Of a DNA stretch of 64,000 bases, positions 1-16,720 are shown in pieces. How positions within the stretch are numbered: position 1 is the first letter of the stretch; each line of letters starts with the position of its first letter. The DNA lies in NCBI RefSeq assembly GCF_009914755.1, contig NC_060947.1. One strand, 5' to 3'. The notes beneath the pieces were generated by a model. The model was not told the DNA's origin. It did not search any database and saw nothing but the letters and a program-made list of their open reading frames with translations. The stretch comes from the human T2T-CHM13v2.0 reference genome, Homo sapiens. Made by a program: the position numbers and the translations under genes.

Positions 1-243
1 AAAGAGCCTCATACCTCCTCCCCTGTGTCTTGCCTCCTCTCTCTGCATGTGATCTCTGCACACACTGGCTTCCCTTCACCATCCAACATAAGTAGAACAA
101 GCTTGAGGCCCTCACCAGATTCAAATGCTAGATTCATATTTCTTGTACAGCCAGCAGAACCATGAGCCAAATAAACCTCTTTTCTTTATAAATTACCCAC
201 CCTCAGATATTCCTTTATAGCAGCATAGGAACAGAAAAAGACA
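1..243 (+). mobile_element. MaLR LTR 3' part (MLT1A/MST-like)
   Basis: Typical MaLR LTR end: agaaccatgagccaaataaacctcttttctttataaattaccc ... cctttatagcagc ... aagaca. Truncated by the window start. Confidence 0.75.
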
Positions 244-956
244 CCAATTCAGTGAGTGGTAGCAGATGAGATGAGGTGGTAACTGGTCAGGACAAGGGCA
301 GGAAGAGGAAATACAGACCAAAGAGCATCCTTAAAAGAGATAAATGATTGGAGCATGTTTAAACATTATTGGAGAAGATACAGTGTAAAGAGGAAAATGG
401 TGAATATACATAAGAAAGAAAGAAATTATCATTGCTGTATGATTTTGTAAAATTGGGCAGGGATGGGATACATAGCATAGATGAAAATGTTGGCTTTATT
501 ATTTTTTACTGCCCACAATTATGCAGATAGAAGCTATCAATAAAGCAAACTACATGACATTACCATAGACCCCTGATTATAAGTGCCTCTGCAAAATGTG
601 TCTGTTGTATCACTAAAAGAATCAGTGTAGGCATAAATGTTCCCCTGACATGACAGAAAATAATTTCCAAAGATAAAATAGAGGGCTATATTTTAGTACC
701 TTTTTTAATTTGAGAAGATTTCATAAGTAATTGGCCCTGGTCAAAACTAAAGTTATCTTTGTAGACCTTGTAAACACTCACTACAATATAAATAAACAAC
801 ACTCAGCAGGCAAACTTGGTCAGTTATTCCAGGGCACATTTGGCAGACAACTCATCTTAGCAGCCTCATATAGAATCAGACCTTCTGAGGAGTGTGAATG
901 AGTGTTTCCTATGGCTGAAGGGAGTAACACCCACTCTGAAATTCTTCTAGGCCAAG

Positions 957-3705
957 TGTATTAGTGCATTCTCACACTGCTATAAAGCATACTATCTGAA
1001 GCTTGGTAATTACAAAGGAAGGAAGTTCAATTGACTCATAGTTCTGCAGGCTTAACAGGAAGCATGGCTAGGAGGTCTCGGGAATCTTACAATCAAGGCA
1101 GAAGGGGAGGCAGGCATGTCTTACATGGCAGCAGGTGAGAGAAGAGTGTCAACAGGGGAAATGCCAGGCACTTATAAAACCATCAGATCTCATGAGATCT
1201 CCCTCACTATCACAAGAACAGCATAAGGGAGACCACCCCCATGATCCAATATTTAATCATTTCCCATCAGGTTCCTCCCTTGCCACATGGGGATTACAAT
1301 TCAAGATGAGATTTGGGTGGGGACACAGAGCCAAACCATATAATTCCACCCCTGGCTCTTCCCAAATCTCATGTCCTCACATTTTAAAACCAATCATGCC
1401 TTCCCAACAGTCCCCCATAGTCTTAACTCATTCCAGCATTAACTCAAAAGTCAAAGTCCCAAGTTTCATTTGAGAGACAAGGCAAATCCCTTCAGCCTAT
1501 GAACATGTAAAATTAAAAGCAAGTTAGTTACTTGAAGATACAGTAGGGTACAGACATTGGGTAAATGATCCCATTCCAAATAGGAGAAATTGGCCAAAGC
1601 AAAGGGTCACAGGCCCCATTCCAATCCAAAACCCAGTGGGGCAGTCATTACATCTTAAAACTCTGAAATGATCTCCTTTGACTCCATGTCTCACATCCAG
1701 GGCATGATAATGCAAATGGTGGGTTCCCACAACCTTGGGCAGTTCCTTCACTAACTGGTGTTCAGTGCCTGTGGCTTTTCCAGGCACATGGTGCAAGCTG
1801 TCAGTGAATCTATCATTCTGGGGTCTGGAGGACAGTGGCTGTCTTCTCACAGTTCCATTAGGCAGTGCCCCACTGGGGACTCTGTGTGGGGACTCCAACC
1901 CCACATTTCCCTTCCACATTGCTCTAGCAGAGGTTCTTCATGAAGGCTCCACTCCTGAAGCAAACTTCTGCCTGGACATCCAGGCATTTCCATACATCCT
2001 CTGAAATCTAAGTGGAGATTCCCAAACATCAATTCTTGACTTTTGTGCACTTGCAGGCCTGACACTACATGGAAGCTGCCAAGACTTGGGGCTTGGACAC
2101 TCTGAAACAATGGCTGGAGCTGTCTGTACCTTGGCCCCTTTTAGCCATGGCTGGAGCTGGAGTGGTTGGGACACGGGGCACCAAGACCCTGGGCTGCTTT
2201 TTCATGGAGCAGAGGTGCTCTGGGCCTGGCCTGGAAAACCATTTTTCCCTCCTAGGCTTCTGGGCCTGTAATAGGAGTGGCTGTTGTGAAGGTCTCTGAA
2301 ATGCACTGGAGACATTTTCCCCATTGTCTTGTCTATTAACAATCAGCTCCTCATTACTTATGCAAATTTCTGCAGCCAGCTTGAATTCCTCCCCAGAAAA
2401 TGGGTTTTTCTTTTCTACCACTTGGTTATGCTACAAATTTCCCATACTTTTACACTTTGCTTCCTCTTTAAACATAGTTCCAATCCAAACCATCTCTCTG
2501 TGAGCATGCATAACTGAACACTTTCAGAATCAACCAGGTGACCTCTTGAATACTGTGCTGCTTAGAAATGTCTTTTGCCAGATTCCTTAAATTATCTCTC
2601 TCAAGTTCAAGTTTCCACAGATCTCTAAGGCAGGGATGAAATGCCTCCATTCTCTCTCTTTTTTTTCATTATACTTTAAGTTCTAGGGTACATGTGCACA
2701 ACATGCAGGTTTGTTACATATATATACATGTGCCATGTTGGTGTGCTGCACCCATTAACTCATCATTTACATTAGGTATATCTCCTAATGCTATCCCTCC
2801 CCACTCCCCCCACCCCACAACAGGCATCAGTGTGTGATGTTCCCCACCTTGTGTCCACATGTTCTCATTGTTCAATTCCCACCTGTGAGTGAGAACATGT
2901 GGTGTCTGGTTTTCTGACCTTGTGATAGTTTGCTCAGAATTATGGTTTCCAGCTTCATCCATGTCCCTACAAAGGACATGAACTCATCCTTTTTTATGGC
3001 TGCATAGTATTCCATGGTGTATATGTGCCACATTTTCTTAATCCAGTCTATCATTGTTGGACATTTGGGTTGGTTCCAGGTCTTTGCTATTGTGACTAGT
3101 GCCACAATAAACATACGTGTGCATGTCTTTACAGCCACCTGATTTATAATCCTTTGGGTATATACCCAGTAATGGGATGGCTGGGTCAAATGGTATTTCT
3201 AGTTCTAGATCCCTGAGGAATCGCCACACAGTCTTCCACAATGATTGAACTAGTTTACAGTGTCACCAACTGTGTAAAACTGTTCCTATTTCTCCACATC
3301 CTCTCCAGCACCTGTTGTTTCCTGATTTTTTAATGATCGCCATTCCAACTGCTGTGAGATGGTATCTCATTGTGGTTTTGATTTGCATTTCTCTGATGGC
3401 CAGTGATGATGAGCATTTTTTCATGTGTCTGTTGGCTGCATGAATGTCTTCTTTTGAGATCCTCCATTCTCTTTGCTATGGCATAGCAAGAGTCACCTTT
3501 GCTCCAGTTCCCAGTAAGTTCCTCATCTCCACCTGAGACCACCTCAGCCTAGACTTCATTGTCCACATTATTATCTGCATTTTGGTCAAAACCATTAAAC
3601 AAGTCTCTAGGAAGTTCCAAACTTTCCCACATCTTCCTGTCTTCTTCTGAGCCCTCCAAACTGTTCCAACATCTGCCTGTTACCCAGTTCCAAAGCTGCT
3701 TCTCA
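957..3705 (-). mobile_element. MSTA-like MaLR element: one LTR (957-1342) plus internal region, second LTR missing; interrupted by an L1
   Basis: Starts tgtattagtgcattctcacactgctataaag and the LTR ends gggacacagagccaaaccatat. THE1/MST-internal sequence follows (ttccaccoctgg-type start, MWKGNVGLESPHRVP-type ORFs) and resumes at 3461 after the L1. Confidence 0.85.
2656..3460 (-). mobile_element. 5'-truncated L1PA (L1PA4-6-like), ~0.8 kb 3' end
   Basis: Poly-T, L1 3'UTR and ORF2 C-terminus ([31 protein letters not shown]). 12-bp TSD cctccattctct at 2644-2655 and 3461-3472. Confidence 0.93.
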
Positions 3706-3754
3706 TAAGTTGTGGAACTCCAGGATGTCAGTGAAGTACCTGTCCAAGAGGTAG

Positions 3755-4010
3755 CATATCATTGTAGTAAAAGCATGAATCTTGAAGCCACATTGCCTGA
3801 GTTCAACTCCTGACCGCTGCTTACTGGCTGTGTTACCTTAGGTAAGTATTTTTTAAAGATATCTGTGCTTTACTTTCCTTATCTGTAAAACAGGAAGGGG
3901 GAGAAGTTATAGTACCTACCCCATAGGATGAAGATTAAATGAATTAATCTTTGTAAAGCACTTAGAGTAGTGTCAGGTACATGGTAAATATTTAGTGTTT
4001 GTTACATAAA
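3755..4010 (+). mobile_element. MIR SINE (decayed)
   Basis: MIR core-like sequence ttactggctgtgttaccttaggtaagt ... tttccttatctgtaaaa ... gtaaagcacttagag. Boundaries approximate. Confidence 0.65.
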
Positions 4011-4294
4011 AAGGAATATTTAAATTGGTGAAGAACTGCATTGTGAGAGAAATTCTGTCTACAAGATAAACTTTTATCTGGGTGAAAATATTGGTCACTG
4101 TAGTTAACTTTAATAGCGTCACCAACTTGTCTATTTGCTAAGTTATATTAATCTTAGCTTAACTGACTAACCAGGTTACCAGGTATGTTAAACAGAGTAC
4201 CAAAGTTTTGAAGTGGATGCCATAAAACTAGCAAAACTCTAGCAGAGAGGTATAAAAATTAAAGAAGTTGATATTGAACATGCTATTTATAGAC

Positions 4295-4625
4295 ACTATA
4301 GCTGGTGTCTGAGTTGTTCTTTAAAGTGAAAGCGTTATTCCGTGAGAAAAGCAGATAATTCAGCTCATAACTCCAAGCTGAGACAATCAATGGACTTTGG
4401 TACATGGCAGAATTGCTTTTATGTGAACTTCCCATTTTGTCACATGGAATATTAAAAAGACTAGTGCTCAAGGGTCAATATTTAATATAACTAATAATTT
4501 TTAATGATTCATCAAGGACATTCTTGTGTGAAATTGGCTTTTTTTTTACTACAAGCATGTGACAGTGAATAAAACAATGACTACTGACATGTTTTTTTTT
4601 GGCCACTGTATTGATTCACTAAAAT
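4295..4625 (-). mobile_element. Charlie1 (hAT) fragment; left arm of an inverted duplication
   Basis: 4295-4594 is the reverse complement of 6167-6470, e.g. cttcccattttgtcacatggaatattaaaaaga versus tctttttaatattccatgtgacaaaatgggaag. Confidence 0.8.
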
Positions 4626-6534
4626 CATGGTAAATAAATATGCTATAAAAAGTGATATTTCAAAATTAAAATTTCAGACAAAAACATCCTCCTGAATTTA
4701 ATCAGCAAAACAGTTTTTAGTAAAAACAAATATATATATATATACATATAGTGGAACAAAGTTGAATTGTGCATTAAGTCTAAATGAACCCAAACATTTT
4801 GCTTGGCATACATACCAAGTAAGAGGGATGAAGAGGTAGCTTCATTCTGTTGTGCAAATGAGCTATTTCACATATTTCAACATGAAATGATTTTTCTTTA
4901 TTTTCCTCTAAAGTTGATTTTCTGTTCTGTAATTTTATTTTTAGATGCAGTATCAATACAAGATAATCATGAGTCCCTCCACCTCAACAAAGGAAAATAG
5001 ATCAAGATTATAATGTATACAGAAAAATAAAGCATAATAAACCTTGATTACTTTAAACCTTATGTTCAGACTATATTTATTTTCACATTGTTGTTTATTA
5101 CATACATATACTTATTTTCATTGTTTAATTATTCAATTTTCTTGTTCAGTATAGGTGATAATTGCTTATGTATCTTGGATTGAGATGAATGCATAATAAT
5201 TTTTCCTGTTAAAATTAGTGGGATTTTTTTTTTTCATTTAACAGCTTTTCACTCAGCAGCAGGGTTTTCAGGAGCAAATTAAAGCCATTAAATTAGGGAT
5301 AGATATGTGCTATCTAGTATTTTAGTTATATTCATCAAGAGTGTTGTTCAGGATATCTAAGACATAATACTGTTGGAAACTGAAGTTCCCTAACTCCTCT
5401 TTAAATAAAAGTAATCAACTGACACATTAATGTAAGGGTGGCCCCATGTTGAATGTAATCTTATTATCACCATAAAATCTCATTCTCAAATAGTGATCAG
5501 TTCACACTGACATGTATGTACACCTTTATTGATTTATATCCCTATACTTTTTCAAAAAGTTCTGCAGCAGTGTACAATGACATAATTTAATCAAAGCTCC
5601 TAGATCATTATCTGGAAAGTAGTAAGAACTCAATAAATGTTTGTTGTTATTGTCATTATACAGATACACATTGAAATCAGTAGGATAAAACTGGAAGATT
5701 AATTATATGCAAATGCAAAGGGAAAATAAGCTAACATTAAGCTTTGAGAGTTATAGTGATTGAGCATTAAACTTCACTCGGATTTTCCAAGCAACTAGAG
5801 AAAAAGGGCTATAGAAGTATTTTCTGACAGAAGGAAATCTAACAATTCTTCAAGGAAATTAAACTTTCTCTTGGTGGTGTGGTTTTTATACCAGGGACTG
5901 TGAAAAACATAATGGACAATATCTTACATGATAGTTTTGTAGTAAATGCAGCAGATAATTTATCCATCCATTCATTTAGAAAATATTTTGTCATTTTCTT
6001 TGTGGCCAAGGGCATAACAATAAAGCACAACTCAATTAGGGCATCTCTATAGCAAGCTAAACAAATGAGGCCAAGTATAAAGCTTTCCAGAAATCTAGAT
6101 TATGAAGGTTAGAATTTACACTACCTAGTGTAACAATACCTACTAACAAAAAAACTTACAACAAATAAACATGTTAGTAATCATTGTTTTATTCACTGTC
6201 TCATGCTTACAGTAAAAAAAAAGCCAATTTCACATAAGAATGTCCTTTATGAATCATTAATTATATTAAAAGTATTAATTATATTAAATCTTGACCCCTG
6301 AGCACATCTTTTTAATATTCCATGTGACAAAATGGGAAGTTCATATGAGAACACTTCTGCCATGTACCAAAGTCCAGTGATTGTCTCAGACTGGAGTTGC
6401 AAGCTGAATTATCTGCTTTTCTCATGGCATTACACTCACTTTAAAGAACAACTCAGAAACAAACTATAGTTATTCAAATTTGGGTATTTAGCAGACATTT
6501 TCTTGAAAACGAACAAAATGAGGCTACTACTTCA

Positions 6535-6952
<418 letters not shown>

Positions 6953-7889
6953 CTACCACCTAGAATTTGACAGCTTTCCAGTACTTAAGGATTTTTATGA
7001 GTTGGGGGGAACATTAATGAATGTGAATTCCTGATGTTTCATATTGAAATATGTGAACATTTGGAAGATCTACATAACTCAGTGACCCAGTATTTTACCA
7101 AAAAAATCCTAATGTATAACACTAAAAAGTTATGTTTGAGTAAAAGATTCATTCAAAGTGTAAGCAAGACCAATGGATTTTTATATAACTGAGTATAAAA
7201 GATTCATTGATATGATTTCAGAATTCAGATTTTAACTTTTAAAAAGCTAACTTTTGGGGGTTTGATGTAATATCAAAGAAGAATGTCCACAATTATATAA
7301 AAAGGTGAATAGAAACCTCACTTTTCCTGCTATGTATCTGTGTGAGGTCATATTTCCTTTAACCAAAATAATATAATGCAACAGATTGAATACAAAAGCA
7401 AATATGAGAATCCAACTACCTTTTATTAAAGGAAACATTAAAGAGATTTTAAAAATATTAAAACAATGGAACACTCCTGACTAAATTGTTTTGTTTCAGA
7501 AAATATATTTCATAAAATCATGTTTTAATTATAGCAAAAACTTTGTTATTGTTCTAAAATAAATAAATATGTAAAAATTGAATCAGTTTTAATTTTGAAT
7601 ATGGTAAATATTGAGAGTTATAAACCATATAAACAAAAAAATCTTTGAGTTTTTAAATAATTTTTTTTAATGTTTTTTTTTTTTATTATACTCTAAGTTT
7701 TAGGGTACATGTGCACATTGTGCAGGTTAGTTACATATGTATACATGTGCCATGCTGGTGCGCTGCACCCACTAACTCGTCATCTAGCATTAGGTATATC
7801 TCCCAATGCTATCCCTCCCCCCTCCCCCGACCCCACCACAGTCCCCAGAGTGTGATATTCCCCTTCCTGTGTCCATGTGATCTCATTGT

Positions 7890-11718
<3,829 letters not shown>

Positions 11719-11781
11719 TATGATGTTAGCTGGTGATTTTGCTCATTAGTTGATGCAGTTTCTTCCTAGTCTCGATGGTCT

Positions 11782-12797
11782 TTACATTTTGGCATGATTT
11801 TGCAGTGGCTGGTACCGGTTGTTCCTTTCCATGTTTAGTGCTTCCTTCAGGAGCTCTTTTAGGGCAGGCCTGGTGGTGACAAAATCTCTCAGCATTTGCT
11901 TGTCTGTAAAGTATTTTATTTCTCCTTCACTTATGAAGCTTAGTTTGGCTGGATATGAAATTCTGGGTTGAAAATTCTTTTCTTTAAGAATGTTGAATAT
12001 TGGCCCCCACTCTCTCTGGCTTGTAGGGTTTCTGCCGAGAGATCCGCTGTTAGTCTGATGGGCTTTCCTTTGAGGGTAACCCGACCTTTCTCTCTGGCTG
12101 CCCTTAACATTTTTTCCTTCATTTCAACTTTGGTGAATCTGACAATTATGTGTCTTGGAGTTGCTCTTCTCGAGGAGTATCTTTGTGGCGTTCTCTGTAT
12201 TTCCTGAATCTGAACGTTGGCCTGCCTTGCTAGATTGGGGAAGTTCTCCTGGATAATATCCTGCAGAGTGTTTTCCAACTTGGTTCCATTCTCCACATCA
12301 CTTTCAGGTACACCAATCAGACGTAGATTTGGTCTTTTCACATAGTCCCATATTTCTTGGAGGCTTTGCTCATTTCTTTTTATTCTTTTTTCTCTAAACT
12401 TCCCTTCTCGCTTCATTTCATTCATTTCATCTTCCATTGCTGATACCCTTTCTTCCAGTTGATCGCATCAGCTCCTGAGGCTGCTGCATTCTTCACGTAG
12501 TTCTCGAGCCTTGGTTTTCAGCTCCATCAGCTCCTTTAAGCACTTCTCTGTATTGGTTATTCTAGTTATACATTCCTCTAAATTTTTTTCAAAGTTTTCA
12601 ACTTCTTTGTCTTTGGTTTGAATGTCCTCCAGTAGCTCAGAGTAATTTGATCGTCTGAAGCCTTCTTCTCTCAGCTCGTCAAAATCATTCTCCATCCAGC
12701 TTTGTTCCGTTGCTGGTGAGGAACTGCGTTCCTTTGGAGGAGGAGAGGCGCTCTGCGTTTTAGAGTTTCCAGTTTTTCTGTTCTGTTTTTCCCCCAT
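11782..12797 (-). pseudogene. ORF1: L1 ORF1p (RNA-binding chaperone), disrupted
   Basis: Starts MGEKQNRKTGNSKTQSASPPPK. Nonsense TGA at 12468-12470 (CpG-type CGA>TGA) and a 1-bp deletion near 12015 (ARESGGQ instead of ARREWGP). Span 1016 bp versus 1017. Confidence 0.95.
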
Positions 12798-13692
12798 CTT
12801 TGTGGTTTTATCTACTTTTGGTCTTTGATGATGGTGATGTACAGATGGGTTTTCGGTGTAGATGTCCTTTCTGGTTGTTAGTTTTCCTTCTAACAGACAG
12901 GACCCTCAGCTGCAGGTCTGTTGGAATACCCTGCCGTGTGAGGTGTCAGTGTGCCCCTGCTGGCGGGTGCCTCCCAGTTAGGCTGCTCGGGGGTCAGGGG
13001 TCAGGGACCCACTTGAGGAGGCAGTCTGCCCGTTCTCAGATCTCCAGCTGCGTGCTGGGAGAACCACTGCTCTCTTCAAAGCTATCAGACAGGGATACTT
13101 AAGTCTGCAGAGGTTACTGTTGTCTTTTTGTTTGTCTGTGCCCTGCCCCCAGAGGTGGAGCCTACAGAGGCAGGCAGGCCTCCTTGAGCTGTGGTGGGCT
13201 CCACCCAGTTCGAGCTTCCCGGCTGCTTTGTTTACCTAAGCAAGCCTGGGCAATGGCGGGCGCCCCTCCCCCAGCCTCGTTGCCGCCTTGCAGTTTGATC
13301 TCAGACTGCTGTGCTAGCAATCAGCGAGATTCCGTGGGCATAGGACCCTCTGAGCCAGGTGTGGGATATAGTCTCGTGGTGCGCCGTTTTTTAAGCCGGT
13401 CTGAAAAGTGCAATATTCAGGTGGGAGTGAACCGATTTTCCAGGTGCGTCCGTCACCCCTTTCTTTGACTCGGAAAGGGAACTCCCTGACCCCTTGCGCT
13501 TCCCAGGTGAGGCAATGCCTTGCCCTGCTTCGGCTCGCGCACGGTGCGCACACACACTGGCCTGCGCCCACTGTCTGGCACTCCCTAGTGAGATGAACCC
13601 GGTACCTCAGATGGAAATGCAGAAATCACCCGTCTTCTGCATCGCTCACGCTGGGAGCTGTAGACCGCAGCTGTTCCTATTCGGCCATCTTC
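12798..13692. promoter_or_regulatory. L1 5'UTR bidirectional promoter (sense -, antisense +), CpG-rich, YY1 core retained
   Basis: Dense CpGs relative to the rest of the window. YY1 core AAGATGGCCG at 13682-13691 (-). Antisense CAG|GT donors at 13359, 13444 and 13507. Confidence 0.8.
13253..13468 (+). CDS. ORF0: L1 ORF0, 71-aa antisense ORF of the primate L1 5'UTR, intact frame
   Basis: GCAATGG Kozak context; MAGAPPPASLPPCSLISDCCASNQRDSVGIGPSEPGVGYSLVVRRFLSRSEKCNIQVGVNRFSRCVRHPFL-stop matches known ORF0 with a few substitutions. Expression is not shown. Confidence 0.75.
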   Translation: MAGAPPPASLPPCSLISDCCASNQRDSVGIGPSEPGVGYSLVVRRFLSRSEKCNIQVGVNRFSRCVRHPFL

Positions 13693-13769
13693 GAGTTTTT
13701 AAATAATTTTTAAGGGTGCAAAAATTTCCTAAACCTACATCATTTGAAAACACTGCTTTGGAAATAGAT

Positions 13770-15730
13770 GTTTAAGCACTTTCTGGAGAAACTTATAAAA
13801 CTTTAAAGACATTAAAGCAAACTAAATAAATGGAGAAATGGGTGGTGTTCTCGGGTAAGAAGACTTAGCATTGTAAAGATGTAATTCTCTCTAAATTGAT
13901 CTATAGATTCAAAGCAATTTCAATAAAAATTGCAATTTTTTCCAGGGGAAGTTACACTTATTCTAAATTTTACATGGAAAGAGCAAATGTCTTAAAACCG
14001 TCAATACCCTCCTAAAAAAAGAGCAAGGTAGGGAGAATTAGCCTACTTAATATCAAGACATAATTTTAAGCTACAGTAAATAAGACGGTGCAAGATTGTC
14101 CCTGGGATAAACAGGTTAGTGTAAAAGCTTAGAGAGCCCAGAAAACAACCTACACATATATGGAAATGCTGTATGACAGAATAACATTGCCGACCATGGG
14201 TAGAAACACCATTCAAAATATAGTACTGAGACAATTGGCTATTCACATAAAGAAAAATATAAAATTGAATCCCTATCTCATAGCATAATATAAATTCAAT
14301 TCTAAGTGGAGTAAACACTTGAATGTGAACTTTAAAAGTATTCAAACTTTTACAAAAATAATACATTTCCAATATAACCTTAGAGTGGGAAAATTTTAAA
14401 ACAAGTCACAAAAGGCACGAATTATAAAGGGAATGACTAATAAATTCAAATACGTCAAAATTTAGAACTTTGGTTCATCAAAAGACACAATGAAGGGAAT
14501 AGAAAAACAAGCTACAAGCTGGGTAAAAATTTTTGTAACATATATCACCTACAAATAATTAGCATCCAAAATATATAAACGACTCTTATAAACCACTTAG
14601 AAAAATACACATAGCCCAACAGAAAAAAATATATATATAGCACAAAAACTGAATAGGCATTTCCCAGAAGATGAAATACAAATGGCCCATACACTATGGA
14701 TAGATGCCCATTCTCGTTAGTAATCAGGAGAATGCAAGTGGAAACCGCAATGACATATCATTTTACACACAAAACATTGGCAACTATTAAGAGGTCTGAC
14801 AAAACTAAGTGTCAGCAAGGATGCAGAGAAACAGGAATTGGGTGCTGCTGGTGGGAGTGTGAATTGGTGTAGCTACTGTGGCATCATAGACATGTACTGC
14901 TCATCCCCCTCTGTTTTCACAGGGCCAGACCTGTATTGAGGTCTGAAGCTTCTCTGTCTACACCTCTGTCTCCCCTTTATCCTTCACCATTTCTCCAACA
15001 AATCTCTTGAATATCAAATTCCATTCTGGCAGATGCTTCTTAAAACACAAAGTGACTCAAGCTCTTTGGAAAATATCTTCACATTACCTGGTAAGGTTGA
15101 ACCTGGCATGTTTACAATCCAGTGACTTTACTCCTAAGTATGGCCTAGAAAAATTTATACCAGGAGAAATGTACAAGAATCTTCATAGCAGCATTGTACC
15201 AAATAGCCAAAACCTGGAAATAAGTCCAATTATTGATCACTGGCAGAATATGTAAATGAATTGTGGTTTATTCACACAGCCTGGGCTACTTTACAGCCTG
15301 GGCTACTCTGTTTATGGCAGAACTCCAGGGAAGGGGGCATTCACACAGGTTAAGAACCCATTACAGATAGATGCATCAACCTGGAAAACCTCAAAAAGGA
15401 CAAAGTGAATAAAAGAAGCAAACAACAGAAAATTCCCTAGAGTATGATTTCATTCAAAGCCCCAAACCAGGCAAAACTAGACAATACATTGCTCAGGAAT
15501 GTATGTATAAGCACAAAAACTAAGGGAGGAGTAGGGGTAATTCTATGATTTGGGTATCTTAATTTTTATCTAGAAGATGGGAAAAACAAAGAACAAATGA
15601 GTAATCAATACAAATTCCGGAGAAAGGTTACAACTGGGGCAAGGAAGGAGGGACACGGCATAGAGGGGGCTTCTAAATTACTGGTAATATTTCTTAAGGT
15701 GGGTGGTGGGTAATTTTTTATTAACTATTA
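13770..15730 (+). mobile_element. Ancient L1M (L1MD/ME-like) ORF2 3' end and 3'UTR, with a small LTR-like insert at ~14890-15060
   Basis: Decayed L1 motifs: ctaaattgatctatagattcaaagcaat, catcaaaagacacaatgaag, gtaatcaggagaatgcaagtggaaacc, catagcagcattgtaccaaatagccaaaacctggaaa. Boundaries approximate. Confidence 0.75.
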
Positions 15731-16589
15731 TTAGTAGTATTATTTTGTGTGCATGATATACTTCACAATATTTTGAAAGGGCTGGCACCTCCATGCCATA
15801 ACAATTTAAAACAACCTTTTGGCTTATCTCTTCTTAAAACCAACTCCAATAACTCAGCATATGCTTTACTAGGTCGATGCGTTAAACCTGATTTGGGGAA
15901 AGGAAACAATAAGCAGTTGCTAATGACGATGTTCACATTTCTCCTCTTTACATAGTGAACATGTTCTCTGGAGAGCAGAGATAGTCACAACAGATAAAAC
16001 AGGTGTGCTGCTGGATGCTTTCCTCAAGTCCCAATTAGTCATGCAGCAAAAGAAACACACAAAAAAAGCAGGCCTGTGTTTAAGTGGCTATAAAAGTAAT
16101 TTTATAGAAATATCATGTGTGAATGCTTCCCTTTCAGAGTCAGAGAATTTGAGGAGGTGAGTTTGTGAGGGAGCTCCCTCACAAGACACGGCTAGCAGAA
16201 ACAACCCCTTCCTTCTTCCTTCATTTTCACAGACACAGTGCGTGTAGGTGGAAGTGCTTCTTAACCAACCATTGGGCATCACTCTGGCTATGGCCAGATG
16301 TAGGAGCTTCATAACAAGCCCTTTAACATTCCCACTGGTCTGGGGTGAAGATGCTCCAGGAAGGTCTCTGTCAGGGACAGGAATGCCCCACCATTGAATG
16401 AGAATGGTCCAGAGTAATCCTGAAAAGACGGAATACATAGTTTCAAGCAGTCCAATGGCCCCAACTGCTGTAGTCACAGGCTCTCCTGTTAACTCCATTT
16501 TCCCGGTAATAATACCAAGAAGGCATTTGCAGAATTATCTCATCAAAAGATAAGAAAACATAATGGTGTTTCAACATACGTAATTTTGA

Positions 16590-16720
16590 CAACAATCTCA
16601 TGAAGCAGATACTTATCAACCCCATTTTACAGGTGAGAAAACTGAGGCACAAGAAGAGAAGTTACATGCCCAAGGGCACTCAGCTTATGAGTGGTATAGG
16701 TCTCCTAGCATTGGATCACA
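16590..16720 (-). mobile_element. MIR fragment
   Basis: Core ccccattttacaggtgagaaaactgaggcacaag ... cccaagggcac. Confidence 0.7.

Noticed and set aside
1135-2650. Many overlapping 60-130 aa ORFs
   Set aside because: They lie in MST/THE1 LTR and internal sequence and are typical chance ORFs of MaLR elements; the same applies to 46061-47609.
15276-15307. Short tandem duplications (acagcctgggctact x2; also ~40491-40510, ~55153-55175, ~55317-55369)
   Set aside because: Ordinary slippage-type duplications with only two copies and no spacers; not CRISPR-like or functional arrays.
16088-16498. 136-aa minus-strand ORF in unique sequence
   Set aside because: No recognisable domain, non-ATG start and no clear splice context.
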